Shown here: one piece after another, positions 37,443-47,462 of the stretch
Numbering within the stretch: the stretch's first letter is position 1
Layout of the letters: every line of letters starts with the position of its first letter
DNA from: an uncultured Clostridia bacterium
GTDB taxonomy: Bacteria; Cyanobacteriota; Vampirovibrionia; Gastranaerophilales; Gastranaerophilaceae
NCBI GenBank assembly: GCA_945946765.1
Contig: CAMEWS010000003.1
Span: 480-64,479, forward strand
Reading direction: 5' to 3'
DNA length: 64,000 nt
The notes under the pieces: generated by a model
The model's database searches: none
Told to the model about the DNA's origin: nothing
The model's input: the letters and a program-made list of their open reading frames with translations, nothing else
Program-made: the position numbers and the translations under genes

Positions 37443-37967
37443 ATGACAGTAAATAGCGCAATACCAACACAACAAACAAAAAAATGCCCATATTGTGGCG
37501 AAAATGTACCTGCACAATCACAAAAATGCAGTCATTGCGGAGAATGGTTAGTAAAAAGATATGGAAAGTCATGGGTAAAAACATATTTATTATGTTCTTT
37601 TCTCGGCGGTTTAGGTATACACGATTTTTACAATAATAAAACAGGCTTTGGTATTGCAAAAATTTTAACATGTTTTGGTTTTTTCGGTGCTTGGGCAATA
37701 ATAGACTGTTTTCTCATTCTATGTGATGTTTACACAGATAGTGAAGGACGCAAACTAAGCAGAAAGCCAACAATACAATCTACTGCCCTATTATGCTTCT
37801 TCGGTGGTGCAGGTGGTTGGCATAGATTTTATACAGGACATATTGCATTAGCTTGGCTACAATTTGTATCAAGCTTTTTTGGTATAGGTATTATTTGGGC
37901 AATTGTTGATTTCTTCACGATACTTATGGGTAAATTCAAAGACGCAAATGGAAACTATATCAAATAG
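37443..37967 (+). CDS. zinc-ribbon + tandem TM2-domain membrane protein
   Basis: CPYCGENVPAQSQKCSHCGEWL ribbon, then two TM2-like units (FLGGLGIHDFYNNKTGFGIAKIL and FFGGAGGWHRFYTGHIALAWLQF). Confidence 0.72.
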   Translation: MTVNSAIPTQQTKKCPYCGENVPAQSQKCSHCGEWLVKRYGKSWVKTYLLCSFLGGLGIHDFYNNKTGFGIAKILTCFGFFGAWAIIDCFLILCDVYTDSEGRKLSRKPTIQSTALLCFFGGAGGWHRFYTGHIALAWLQFVSSFFGIGIIWAIVDFFTILMGKFKDANGNYIK

Positions 37968-37978
37968 GTGTAGTTATT

Positions 37979-38437
37979 ATGGAAGAAAAAGAATGTCCGT
38001 TTTGTGGTGAACTTATAAAACATAATGCAGTAAAATGCAAACATTGTGGCGAATGGCTGAATGTACAATGTCCATATTGCTATGAACAAGTTAGCTATCA
38101 TGCAAAAAAATGTCCTGCCTGCGGTAGTGATTTGTTTTTAGATAGAAAGAAAGAGAATTTTATACCTGCTATTCTCGCTTGGACTTTTACATCAGTTTAT
38201 GTATTATTGATGATTAGTTTTACAATGTGTATTAATGATCCATCTTCTTCGGGCATTCCAAATTCCACTTACACAGACAAATTTGATAATCTGTTATGTG
38301 TAATATTTTTAACAATTTTCCCATTAGCTCCTTGTGTTTGGGCTTTATACAATAAAACAACTATAAAAATTGCACTTAGTGCAGGTATTACAACATTGTT
38401 TTTTTGTTTAATTACTGTTTTAGCAATATTTATGTAG
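37979..38437 (+). CDS. double zinc-ribbon membrane protein
   Basis: CPFCGELIKHNAVKCKHCGEWL and CPYCYEQVSYHAKKCPACGSDL, followed by about three hydrophobic helices. Confidence 0.6.
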   Translation: MEEKECPFCGELIKHNAVKCKHCGEWLNVQCPYCYEQVSYHAKKCPACGSDLFLDRKKENFIPAILAWTFTSVYVLLMISFTMCINDPSSSGIPNSTYTDKFDNLLCVIFLTIFPLAPCVWALYNKTTIKIALSAGITTLFFCLITVLAIFM

Positions 38438-38443
38438 GTAAAA

Positions 38444-39268
38444 ATGGAAGAAAAAAATGCATTTTATGCGTTAGTACTTGTAACAGCAGGTGAAAACAAA
38501 GTAGCAATATTATCGCAAATAAGACAAATAAAAAATTGTGACTTAGAAACCGGAAAAGCATTAGTAGACAAACCGAATACTCGCTTAATAACTACACTAA
38601 CCCATTCCGCAAAAGAGTTAATAGATACAAAATTAAAACTTGAGCAATTAGGGGCAACTGCAAAAATAGTTAAATGTATAAACAAATCAGTTCATGAGCC
38701 TTGTAAAGATAACACATCAACAAAATCGATGTCTGATGAACAAACAAAATGTGCTTTTTGTGGTGGAATTATTTTAAAAAAAGCAAAAAAATGCAAACAC
38801 TGTGGTAAATGGATTAATGAAAAATTACAATCACAAGAACAAACAGAAACTATAATCGAAGAAATAGAAACTACAAATATGTCAAAAAATGTTACTGAAA
38901 AAAGCTGTCCGTTTTGTTGTCGAAAAATCCCCGTTGCCGCCAAGAAATGTCAATATTGCGGTGAATGGATAGAGCAAGAGGCTAAACCTGAAAATGCTGT
39001 ATACAAATGTTGGAACATACTTTCAGGCATTTTATTAGTAATTATTAGCGTTATGTTAGAATTGATGTCAAATGGCAGTGGTACAGGCATAACTTTTGCC
39101 ATTATAGCTTTTATCGTGCTTGCCATATATTTTCTACCTACAACAATCGCAGATGAAAAACGACATCCAAATACAACAGCGATATTTGTTGTCAATCTTT
39201 TCTTTGGTTGTACACTTATTGGGTGGGTTATTGCCCTTGTTTGGAGCTTAATTGAACCCGACAGATAA
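38444..39268 (+). CDS. L7/L12-CTD-like + two zinc ribbons + superinfection-immunity (T4 Imm-like) membrane domain protein
   Basis: The N-terminal LVLVTAGENKVAILSQIRQIKNCDLETGKALVDKP...KLEQLGATAKIV resembles the ribosomal L7/L12 C-terminal domain. Ribbons are CAFCGGIILKKAKKCKHCGKWI and CPFCCRKIPVAAKKCQYCGEWI. The C-terminal YFLPTTIADEKRHPNTTAIFVVNLFFGCTLIGWVIALVWSL matches the Imm_superinfect pattern. Confidence 0.65.
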   Translation: MEEKNAFYALVLVTAGENKVAILSQIRQIKNCDLETGKALVDKPNTRLITTLTHSAKELIDTKLKLEQLGATAKIVKCINKSVHEPCKDNTSTKSMSDEQTKCAFCGGIILKKAKKCKHCGKWINEKLQSQEQTETIIEEIETTNMSKNVTEKSCPFCCRKIPVAAKKCQYCGEWIEQEAKPENAVYKCWNILSGILLVIISVMLELMSNGSGTGITFAIIAFIVLAIYFLPTTIADEKRHPNTTAIFVVNLFFGCTLIGWVIALVWSLIEPDR

Positions 39269-39296
39269 TTTTCCACTTTTTAGAAAACCTTTCAAC

Positions 39297-39334
39297 GACA
39301 AAGCCTGATTTTTGTCAAAAATCAGGCTTTGTCA
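39297..39334 (+). terminator. rho-independent-type terminator hairpin
   Basis: GACAAAGCCTGATTTTT-GTC-AAAAATCAGGCTTTGTC, a perfect 17-bp stem directly after the zinc-ribbon operon. Confidence 0.7.
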
Positions 39335-39392
39335 GTTTACTTTTCGAAGAATAAAGTAAAAAATTCCTTTAAGTTCAGAAAGGTTTTATTTT

Positions 39393-39938
39393 ATGAAAAA
39401 ATTGCTCCTTTGTGCGGGTAACGTTAGTATAAGAATTGCGTTGAAGTGCTTTGATATCGGCTTTAACTCAGATTTAAGCACTGATTTTACCGAGCAAAAT
39501 GATTTTTTATTTGTATCAACAGAAAAATCTTTTTTAGAGAGGCTAAACATGCCGGAAGAGAAAAAATTTTGTCTGCCTACAGTCCAAACGGGGTGCAATA
39601 TTGATATCAAAAGGGGGATTGATTTTTCGCAGGCAGAGATAAGCCTTATTTTGAGAGTGCAAAAGTATAAGAAAATTGTGTTTGTGTGTGACGGGTTTGT
39701 TTTTTCTTATCTTCTTTTGCTGAATGCGTTGTATGAGCTTTCATTATGCAGTGATATAGATTTGCAGGTGTTATGTTTAGACTCATTTTCTCAGCAACAT
39801 TTTCTTGACAGGGAGTTAGAAAAGAAAATAGTGTACATCATACCTGAAAAGTTTGTTCAATTTCTGCCGTCTGATAAAAATTATAAGAAAAAGTTTGAAA
39901 AACAGGTCAAAATCGCTATACATAAAGCTTTGTCTTAA
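39393..39938 (+). CDS. hypothetical protein
   Basis: 181-aa ORF. No motif recognised. Confidence 0.4.
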   Translation: MKKLLLCAGNVSIRIALKCFDIGFNSDLSTDFTEQNDFLFVSTEKSFLERLNMPEEKKFCLPTVQTGCNIDIKRGIDFSQAEISLILRVQKYKKIVFVCDGFVFSYLLLLNALYELSLCSDIDLQVLCLDSFSQQHFLDRELEKKIVYIIPEKFVQFLPSDKNYKKKFEKQVKIAIHKALS

Positions 39939-40028
39939 TGGGCATGCCATTTGCTTTAGTCTGCATGCCAAAAACAACGTTCCTGTACGCCTGAAATCCA
40001 AACCCTGTAAGGCTTTTCAAGAAAACAC

Positions 40029-40056
40029 TTGACAAAACACCACGTCATGGTTTAAT
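40029..40056 (+). promoter_or_regulatory. sigma70-like promoter facing the helicase/recombinase module
   Basis: TTGACA (40029-40034), 16-nt spacer, TTTAAT (40051-40056). Confidence 0.4.
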
Positions 40057-40482
40057 CTACAGGCATAAGTCGTTAGGCTTATTGACAACAGAATACCATT
40101 GCGACGAGTAAGTTTATTCGCTAAAGGTTTTTAATCAACCAACGGGTCTATGCGTGAAGACTAGACGCTGTTGATTGAAATGAAACGTAATTATACGAAT
40201 AAATTTGTACTCATCCATGCAGAAGATAGACCGAATACAGAAAAAGACCCTGTAGAAGTAGTTTTCAACCTTAAAGTATTGATTATCGAAAATACAGTAT
40301 AAACGTCTAAGCACACTATCAGAACATATCGCGAAAGTATTCTACATAGCAGCACTGTGCCATTTTGGCTGTTATACAGTTGCGGACAACTATGCACTTC
40401 TTTTGTGCCTACCCGTACGAATAGTATACACCTTTGTTTCAGTGCTGCGAACAGTAGAAATTCAAACACAAAGGAGGTTTTT

Positions 40483-40593
40483 ATGGCAAATTCGCCACCT
40501 ATCAAAACTTTTAGCGATTTAGATTCTGAATTGCTCACAAAACTAATCACAATTATAGTAAACAACATTGTAAAAGGAGCTAAAAATGACTAA
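40483..40593 (+). CDS. small 36-aa ORF upstream of and overlapping the helicase-like gene
   Basis: AAGGAGG RBS 6 nt upstream of the ATG. Product: MANSPPIKTFSDLDSELLTKLITIIVNNIVKGAKND. It overlaps the next start by 8 nt. Confidence 0.45.
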   Translation: MANSPPIKTFSDLDSELLTKLITIIVNNIVKGAKND

Positions 40594-42286
40594 AATTAGT
40601 AAAAATATTGTAAATCTTACTCAAAATGAAGAGCTTGATGACCTAATATCTTATGCTTGTACTGATGAGGGGGATTCCAATACAGAATCGCCTCAAATTG
40701 AGGATAAAATATGCATTTCAGACACGCTTGAACTTAAAGTTGACTGTAAATTAATAGTTATTGACAGTCGAAAGAACTTAAACAACACAACAGAATATGT
40801 TCTTGCCAAAATAATCAGAAACGGTGAAGAAATACCTATACGTTTTAACGGGCAAGATTTTCTGGAGTATAAAAGCTTAATTCAAAAAATTTCGCAAGCC
40901 ATTATCGCTGATTTTTATCAGCTAAGCAAACGTGATTTTTACCTGTACAAAAAGCAAATACTAGATAATGTACCTACCAAAAAAGTATACGCCTGTCCGG
41001 GAATTCAAAACGGTCTGTTTGTGGCAAGTGATTCTTATTATGTACTAAGCACCCAACAGTATAAAGAAGCTCCAAAATACGCAGCTGAAAAAGATTATGA
41101 CTGCATAGAAAACTCTCTTATTGAGATTAGTTCAAACTGCAAACCGCAGTTGAATAGGAGCAGAAACAAATCTATCATTAAAGATTTTTTCACAAATCTT
41201 ATACAGAGCGTGAATAATAATGAAGCCTTATTATGCTTCGCCGGTGCACTCAGCACACCATTGTACCATTCGAGAAAAGGAATACCGACAAGTCCGCTGA
41301 TATTCTTTTTAGGCGAATCTCACGCCGGCAAAACTTCAACAGCTCGTTGTTTAAATTCAACATATGGATTATCTGACAATGATATTATATCAGGGAGTTC
41401 CACAAAATATGCAATAAGCGTATCTTTAAATACGCGTATTGGAATTCCTGTCACTATTGAAGAATTGAATGAAAATTTCTTCGAAAACTGTGACGATTTT
41501 GTAAAAAATGTCTACAACAAAACGTCCCGAGAGCGTGGCACAAAAAACGGTGTTGAAAAAATTGACATTTTTACAAATTTCGTAGCCACATCAAACTATA
41601 GTTTCACCAATCTGCCTGAAGAAATTTCATCAAGAATTCTTTATGCAAATATGAAAAAAGCGGAGTTTAACAGTGAACAATTCCAATATTTTGAGGAAGA
41701 AAGCCGCAAAGATTTACCCGTAATCTTAATCGAACTTCTTGGCTATTATGAGCAAGCTATACCTATATACAATGAGGTTTACGACAAAGTGAAGTCTTTA
41801 ATTGAAAACCCGAGCGGAAACCGTTATCTAATGAACATAGCTATTGCCTGCTCTGTATGGGAGATTATAAACCGTATTTGTGGCTCAGAGATTATGTACT
41901 GGCAAGATTTAGCCGAATCGTACATCCAAAAATACGAAAGTCAAATCGAAAACAGTGTCAAAAACTCTGATTTAATGATGGCACACATTGCCAAATTAAT
42001 AAGCTGGAAACAGATTAAATACGATGTAGACTATTCACTGACTAAGGCTAAAAAACTCAAATTGAACCCGTCTAAATTTGTTTCCGCATACAACCTTGTC
42101 TGGGGCAAAGATACAAATAATATGCTGACAAAACATGAATTTTTGGAAATTATGTCTACAGATAAGCGTTTTGAAGACACAAGGAATAATCCCTCAGGCA
42201 GTGTCGGCAGATGCATAAGTATTGACATATCTGATGATGAATATTTATTAGATTTGGTAGACCGCATGCGACATTACAGAGATTAA
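40586..42286 (+). CDS. P-loop NTPase, putative element-encoded replicative helicase (SF3/DUF927/Cch-like)
   Basis: Walker A FFLGESHAGKTSTA, Walker-B-like VTIEELNE and motif-C-like FVATSNYSF in the centre of a 566-aa protein. It sits directly upstream of the recombinases. Confidence 0.55.
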   Translation: MTKISKNIVNLTQNEELDDLISYACTDEGDSNTESPQIEDKICISDTLELKVDCKLIVIDSRKNLNNTTEYVLAKIIRNGEEIPIRFNGQDFLEYKSLIQKISQAIIADFYQLSKRDFYLYKKQILDNVPTKKVYACPGIQNGLFVASDSYYVLSTQQYKEAPKYAAEKDYDCIENSLIEISSNCKPQLNRSRNKSIIKDFFTNLIQSVNNNEALLCFAGALSTPLYHSRKGIPTSPLIFFLGESHAGKTSTARCLNSTYGLSDNDIISGSSTKYAISVSLNTRIGIPVTIEELNENFFENCDDFVKNVYNKTSRERGTKNGVEKIDIFTNFVATSNYSFTNLPEEISSRILYANMKKAEFNSEQFQYFEEESRKDLPVILIELLGYYEQAIPIYNEVYDKVKSLIENPSGNRYLMNIAIACSVWEIINRICGSEIMYWQDLAESYIQKYESQIENSVKNSDLMMAHIAKLISWKQIKYDVDYSLTKAKKLKLNPSKFVSAYNLVWGKDTNNMLTKHEFLEIMSTDKRFEDTRNNPSGSVGRCISIDISDDEYLLDLVDRMRHYRD

Positions 42287-42292
42287 TATACT

Positions 42293-42318
42293 TGCCGGCT
42301 ATATATAGCCGGCATTTT
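42293..42318 (+). terminator. hairpin/terminator after the helicase-like gene
   Basis: TGCCGGCT-ATATAT-AGCCGGCA followed by TTTT. Confidence 0.5.
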
Positions 42319-42352
42319 CAGCAATATACAAGACTTTTAAGGGGAATAAAAT

Positions 42353-43810
42353 ATGATTGAAACAAAAAAACTTTACGGAAAAATAGGCTACGGTTATACC
42401 AGAGTTTCTTCACAAGAACAAGAAAAAGGCACATCACTTGATGATCAAGAAAAACTGTTAAAACAATTTGTGCACAAACACAAAATCAAACTCGACAAAA
42501 TATACACAGAAAAAGCAAGCGCAATGAAAACAGGCAAAAGACCCATGTTCAATGAACTTGTGAAAAACCTTGAAAACGGATGTGCGGATATTGTCATATT
42601 TACTTATATAGACAGAATGGCAAGAAATTTCACTGACGCAGAGATAATTCTCAGACTCATTGAAGAAGAGGGGCTAATCGCCGTATTTTTACGTGAAAAT
42701 CTAATTCTAAAAGCCCCGCTAAGTCCTATTGAAACAAGCCAACTATACTCAATTTTGGGCTATTCCAACTATCAGGGAAGACTCACCAAAGAAAAATGCA
42801 AAGCGGGTATCAAATATCGTTCAAAGAGCGGTTTTCGTCCAAACAGAGCACCTTATGGCTACTGCAATGCCAAAAGACAGAACAAAGCACTTGTTATGAA
42901 AAGTCGTGCAAAGTTCGTTCAAAAAGCTTTTGAACTCTACAACACAGGATATTATTCAATCAAAGAAGTTGCCCTGAAACTTCATCAATTAGGCTACAAA
43001 TATGAATGGCAACCCTCTAAGATAATACCGACACAATCACTTACGAGCATGCTTAAAAATGTGTTTTATACAGGCAGATACAGGGTCAAACAAGACGGTA
43101 CTTATGTCGACGGCAACCATATACCCATAATCACAAAAGAGCTCTTTGAAAGTGTTCAAAAGCGTCTAAGCCTTAACCCTAAAGCGCCCAGAAAGCATAA
43201 GCTCCAATACTCACAGCTTATAACCTGTTCAACTTGCGGACACTATATGACAGGTGACGTAAAGGTCAAACCAAATGGCAAAAAGTACATATATTACCGT
43301 TGTACAAACCCAAAATGCAGTGACCGCCATCATTGCAAAGAATCCGTTATAAACAGTGAAGTTGAAAGCTATCTAAGAGAGATACGGCTCGGTTTGATAC
43401 CTGAAAATATGGTAAAAGATGTCTTGAAAAACGAGCTTTTAGACCTTAAAAAAGAATTAGCCTTACTAAAACGCAATGTCAGCCGTAAATACGATATGGA
43501 ACGAAGACACACAGAATTTATTGAATCAAACGACATTGATAACGCAACCTATATCAAAAATGGATTTGATGAAATAAATGAAAAATACGGTGATTTAGAG
43601 GCTAAGATTCAAAGCAAACAACAACTAATAGGCTTGATTGAAACTAAGTGTAATGATGTCTTTCAAAAACGACTTTCGGAGGTTTTTTCGGATTTTGACT
43701 CCAAGACGCAACGCTCTATTCTTGAACTTATTACTAACAATTTCAAATGCAATAATAACGAAATCAAGATAACTTTCAAATCACCTTTCAGGAAAATTCG
43801 CAAACGGTAA
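42353..43810 (+). CDS. large serine recombinase (CcrA-position paralogue)
   Basis: Resolvase N-terminus GYGYTRVSSQEQ with the catalytic Ser, a recombinase domain, the zinc-ribbon CSTCGH...YYRCTNPKC, and a coiled-coil tail. Confidence 0.9.
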   Translation: MIETKKLYGKIGYGYTRVSSQEQEKGTSLDDQEKLLKQFVHKHKIKLDKIYTEKASAMKTGKRPMFNELVKNLENGCADIVIFTYIDRMARNFTDAEIILRLIEEEGLIAVFLRENLILKAPLSPIETSQLYSILGYSNYQGRLTKEKCKAGIKYRSKSGFRPNRAPYGYCNAKRQNKALVMKSRAKFVQKAFELYNTGYYSIKEVALKLHQLGYKYEWQPSKIIPTQSLTSMLKNVFYTGRYRVKQDGTYVDGNHIPIITKELFESVQKRLSLNPKAPRKHKLQYSQLITCSTCGHYMTGDVKVKPNGKKYIYYRCTNPKCSDRHHCKESVINSEVESYLREIRLGLIPENMVKDVLKNELLDLKKELALLKRNVSRKYDMERRHTEFIESNDIDNATYIKNGFDEINEKYGDLEAKIQSKQQLIGLIETKCNDVFQKRLSEVFSDFDSKTQRSILELITNNFKCNNNEIKITFKSPFRKIRKR

Positions 43811-43833
43811 TTTATCTCTATTTTATTGATTCA

Positions 43834-43868
43834 CAGCCGTGTAATTCAAAATTGCACGGCTGATTTTC
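43834..43868 (+). terminator. rho-independent terminator between the two recombinase genes
   Basis: CAGCCGTG-TAATTCAAAATTG-CACGGCTG followed by ATTTTCT. Confidence 0.55.
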
Positions 43869-44014
43869 TCTTATAATTCAAGCATTTTCAGGTTTTTTGC
43901 GTGAAACTGGACGACAAGCCTACTTGTAATTTTTCAAATATAGGTAAAAAATAAAACAACAATCCGTCTGAACTTAATGTTCAAATTTTTCAGAAATATC
44001 AAAGGAAATCGCCC

Positions 44015-45672
<1,658 letters not shown>

Positions 45673-45693
45673 ACATCTATTAAATTTTCATTA

Positions 45694-45775
45694 CTCAGGG
45701 TTAGAGCGCACGCATCGTGCTTTATCTAACTTCAAAAGCTTTCGCTTTTTAGGCCACCTGAGCTAGCAGCCCACA
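45694..45775. repeat. tRNA-Ile fragment scars: inverted D-arm fragment plus a 22-bp duplicate of the tRNA 5' end
   Basis: CTCAGGGTTAGAGCGCACGC (45694-45713) matches the tRNA D-arm/anticodon stem in the opposite orientation. CCACCTGAGCTAGCAGCCCACA at 45754-45775 is identical to 45654-45675. Confidence 0.7.
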
Positions 45776-45911
45776 TTCCATAAAACTAACGTTCTATGCG
45801 TGTTATTATTACACCATAGACAAAATTTTAAATCAAGCATTTTGTTTTAAAATTTTTCCTACAATCATACAAACCCAAAATACAAGAAAAAGTTAGTAAA
45901 AAAATAAAAAA

Positions 45912-46223
45912 CTATTCTTCATTACTTGTAGGGCGAAGTATTATAATAGAATCGATATTCAATTGAACAAAGTCATGAAATTCTGTTCTTCTATTCGGCA
46001 ATTGTCTATATGAAACTTCACAATCTTTAATAGCCACAAAGCGTTTTTTACCATTTAAAATATCCGAAAGGACTCTGCTTCTTTTACCAATTTTTGGCAT
46101 GAAAACATAGCCTTTAATCTCATAATCCTGAGTAATTACAAGCACACGCTCGGACCACACACCATTGGTAAAATCATTATCGCCAAGTTCTTCAATTTCA
46201 AAATGTTCAAAATCTTCTGCCAT
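45912..46223 (-). CDS. hypothetical protein downstream of pilC
   Basis: 103-aa ORF. No motif recognised. Confidence 0.45.
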   Translation of the reverse strand: MAEDFEHFEIEELGDNDFTNGVWSERVLVITQDYEIKGYVFMPKIGKRSRVLSDILNGKKRFVAIKDCEVSYRQLPNRRTEFHDFVQLNIDSIIILRPTSNEE

Positions 46224-46247
46224 CTTTAAATCCTTTACTATAAATCA

Positions 46248-47450
46248 CTATGACAACTGGTAAGATTGGAATAACGGCAGATACAATGCTAATGCCAAGA
46301 ACATTACAATACTACCTATAACTATAAGCATAAACGGTTCAATCATTTTGGTCAATGTATCAATAATATCATCCAATTTTTTGTCCAAAAACTCCACACA
46401 CTGTTTTAACAATTCACCCAATTTACCTGTTTGTTCACCTGTAGCAATCATAAACAATACCATACCCGGCATAATATCAGCCGCCCTAAGCGCAGTAGAA
46501 AGGTGAACACCTTGTTGAACCTTATTTATTGATTCAGACATTTTTTGTTTGATAGTCCCGTTATCAACAGTTAAATTACCCAAATGTAAACAATCAAGAA
46601 TAGGTATACCGGCTTCATAAGCAACGTGCATAACCGTAATAAAGTTAGAAAAGTTCGCATATTTTAACATGTCACCAATAAGCGGAACCCTTAAGAAAAA
46701 TTCATCCAAAATTTTTCTGGATGTCGGATTTTTAAAAGCTGTATAAATCAAAGCCCCTATCAAAAAAGGTGTAATCAATGTCAAATACCAATAAGCCTTC
46801 AAAAATTCGCCCAAATCAATACAAATCTGGGTAAAAATTGGCAATTGTGCACCTGACTGTTCAAACATTTCCTTAAATGCAGGGAATACAAACATTAACA
46901 TAACCGTAACTACAACAGCAGCAAGCACAATTACAAAACAAGGATAAATCAAAGTACCAATAACTCTGCCTCTAATAGCGGCCTGTTTTTTCAAAAGTTC
47001 TGAAAGACGACCAAGTGTTTTTTCCATTTCACCTGAATCTTCCCCTGCTTTAGTCAAACCTACATAAATACTACCAAAAATTTCCTGATATTTGGCAACA
47101 GTATCAGCAAAAGTTGAACCTGCAATTACCTGTTTGCGAATTTCTCTTGCAAGCAGCCTGATTCTTGACGACACGGCATCTTTTTCAAGAAACACAAGAC
47201 CTTCAATAATAGGTACACCTGTTTGAATAAGAGTTTTAAATGTACCGGTAAAATCAATCAATTCTTGCAAAGAAAGCGGGCTCAACCTAACTTTTGGAGC
47301 CGAAACTTTACTTTCCTCCGAAAAAACTTTTGTCGGCAAAAGCCCCATTGCCATTATGGCTTCACGAGCCAATTTTACATTTTCGGCCTCAATTTTACCG
47401 TTAACAATCTCTGATTGATTTCTTAATGCTATATAATTGAATATCGTCAT
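46248..47450 (-). CDS. pilC: type IV pilus assembly platform protein PilC (GspF family)
   Basis: 400 aa. Duplicated T2SF domains with three TM segments, and a GEQTGKLGELL-type motif. Confidence 0.9.
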   Translation of the reverse strand: MTIFNYIALRNQSEIVNGKIEAENVKLAREAIMAMGLLPTKVFSEESKVSAPKVRLSPLSLQELIDFTGTFKTLIQTGVPIIEGLVFLEKDAVSSRIRLLAREIRKQVIAGSTFADTVAKYQEIFGSIYVGLTKAGEDSGEMEKTLGRLSELLKKQAAIRGRVIGTLIYPCFVIVLAAVVVTVMLMFVFPAFKEMFEQSGAQLPIFTQICIDLGEFLKAYWYLTLITPFLIGALIYTAFKNPTSRKILDEFFLRVPLIGDMLKYANFSNFITVMHVAYEAGIPILDCLHLGNLTVDNGTIKQKMSESINKVQQGVHLSTALRAADIMPGMVLFMIATGEQTGKLGELLKQCVEFLDKKLDDIIDTLTKMIEPFMLIVIGSIVMFLALALYLPLFQSYQLS

Positions 47451-47462
47451 TTTAATTCAAAC

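Noticed and set aside
40060-40200. Retron-like or other reverse-transcribed ncRNA after the strong promoter
   Set aside because: No reverse transcriptase gene exists anywhere in the window, and the stems do not show retron a1/a2 repeat geometry.
40191-40593. 125-aa minus-strand ORF and the full 78-aa plus-strand ORF in the structured leader
   Set aside because: Neither has an RBS at its annotated start. Only the last 36 codons of the plus-strand ORF follow a strong AAGGAGG, so only that short form is reported, and tentatively.
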